From the NCBI GenBank assembly GCA_022448955.1, contig JAKVCU010000006.1:276-64275 (forward strand): a DNA stretch of 64,000 nt, read 5' to 3'. Both the position numbers and the translations under genes were made by a program. The notes beneath the pieces are model-generated. The model saw only the letters and a list, made by a program, of their open reading frames with translations, did no database searches and had not been told where the DNA came from. The DNA is from Saprospiraceae bacterium. Its GTDB lineage: Bacteria; Bacteroidota; Bacteroidia; Chitinophagales; Saprospiraceae. Below are positions 63,421 to 64,000 of the stretch, in pieces. Within the stretch, counting starts at the first letter, position 1. The number at the start of each line of letters is the position of its first letter.

Positions 63421-63725
63421 AGAGGTTAAAAATAGGTTAAGGCAACTTAACTTCTTATTCTTCTACCTTATGATTTTAGTAAATTAGGAATTAAGAAGAA
63501 CTAGGATCGTGTTTGGAATTTATTAATCGGCCTTATCAGGCTACTAATTAGTTGATATTTCGTTCAAAGAACACTCATTTAGCTATGGCTAAAGTCGTAA
63601 GCTTTGGTCTCATCTAAACTAATCATTGACAAAATCGGCTGAAAGAATAAATTTCTAATCCCGCTCTAAAAACGTTCCTCTTTGCCCTAAATATTAATCT
63701 TTTAATCACCTTAATTATTAACACC

Positions 63726-64000
63726 ATGCGAATGCTAAAACTATGCGGCTTATCCCTAATGTTGATAGCCCTATCTTTCACATTTGTCCAAGCTCAAAAT
63801 TTAAAAGGTCAGGCCATACCAACTGACCCAAGCGTTAGAATGGGTACTCTCCCCAATGGCATGAAATATTATCTGAAAAAGAATCAAAAACCTGAAAATC
63901 GAGTAGAATTCCGATTAGCCGTCAATGCTGGTTCTATGCAAGAGGATGAAGACCAATTAGGTCTAGCCCACTTCGTAGAACATATGGCTTTTAATGGAAC
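63726..64000 (+). CDS. M16 (insulinase/pitrilysin) family peptidase, 3' end outside the window
   Basis: Signal peptide, then NGMKYYLKKN...RVEFRLAVNAGSMQEDEDQLGLAHFVEHMAFNG with the inverted zinc motif HxxEH. The frame is open to the window end. Confidence 0.85.
   Translation, partial: MRMLKLCGLSLMLIALSFTFVQAQNLKGQAIPTDPSVRMGTLPNGMKYYLKKNQKPENRVEFRLAVNAGSMQEDEDQLGLAHFVEHMAFNG

Noticed and set aside
1-64000. Search for tRNA, rRNA, CRISPR arrays, IS elements and known defence systems
   Set aside because: I found no T-arm-like GGTTCGAATCC-type segments, no regularly spaced direct repeats, and no transposase-, nuclease- or Cas-like ORFs. The absence is by eye only and should be confirmed with tRNAscan, Infernal and a defence-system finder.

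Overview
AT-rich chromosomal segment from a member of Bacteroidota. Supporting marks are a SusC/SusD pair, several T9SS C-terminal sorting domains, a PorP/SprF gene, recurring TAnnTTTG promoter-type boxes and no Shine-Dalgarno signals. Most of the window is housekeeping or envelope genes: cdd, kdsB, ffh, yidC, rlmF, glpD, ferritin, F6P aldolase, aminotransferases, LysM/OmpA/NlpC-P60 wall proteins, an M1 peptidase and a partial M16 peptidase. I recognised no tRNA, rRNA, CRISPR array, transposase or integrase. The stand-out locus is 17603-19021. A 69-aa peptide with a lipoprotein-type signal sequence ends in CPACGMG and is followed by a DUF692/MNIO iron oxidase with an extra C-terminal tail of about 93 aa. 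I read this as a minimal, possibly Sec-routed, chryseobasin-like RiPP system whose partner protein may be fused to the enzyme. A convergent neighbour encodes a secreted protein with an extreme Trp/Arg/Pro then Thr/Lys/Arg tail. Other accessory content: (1) a GH53 galactan-type PUL (20301-29935) whose SusD carries an internal insertion of two SusE/F-like domains and which ends in a five-repeat T9SS-sorted binding protein; (2) a HlyD/MacB-type ABC efflux operon (30713-37839) with its own sigma-54 activator and kinase and a near-consensus -24/-12 promoter; (3) a GT4-GT2-VTC operon; (4) a Tat-signal HisC-like aminotransferase; (5) an NlpC/P60 protein with Ser in place of the catalytic Cys; (6) a GNAT pseudogene interrupted by in-frame TGA; and (7) several families of small intergenic repeats and hairpins. 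All calls come from reading the translations and sequence by eye. No database search was run.
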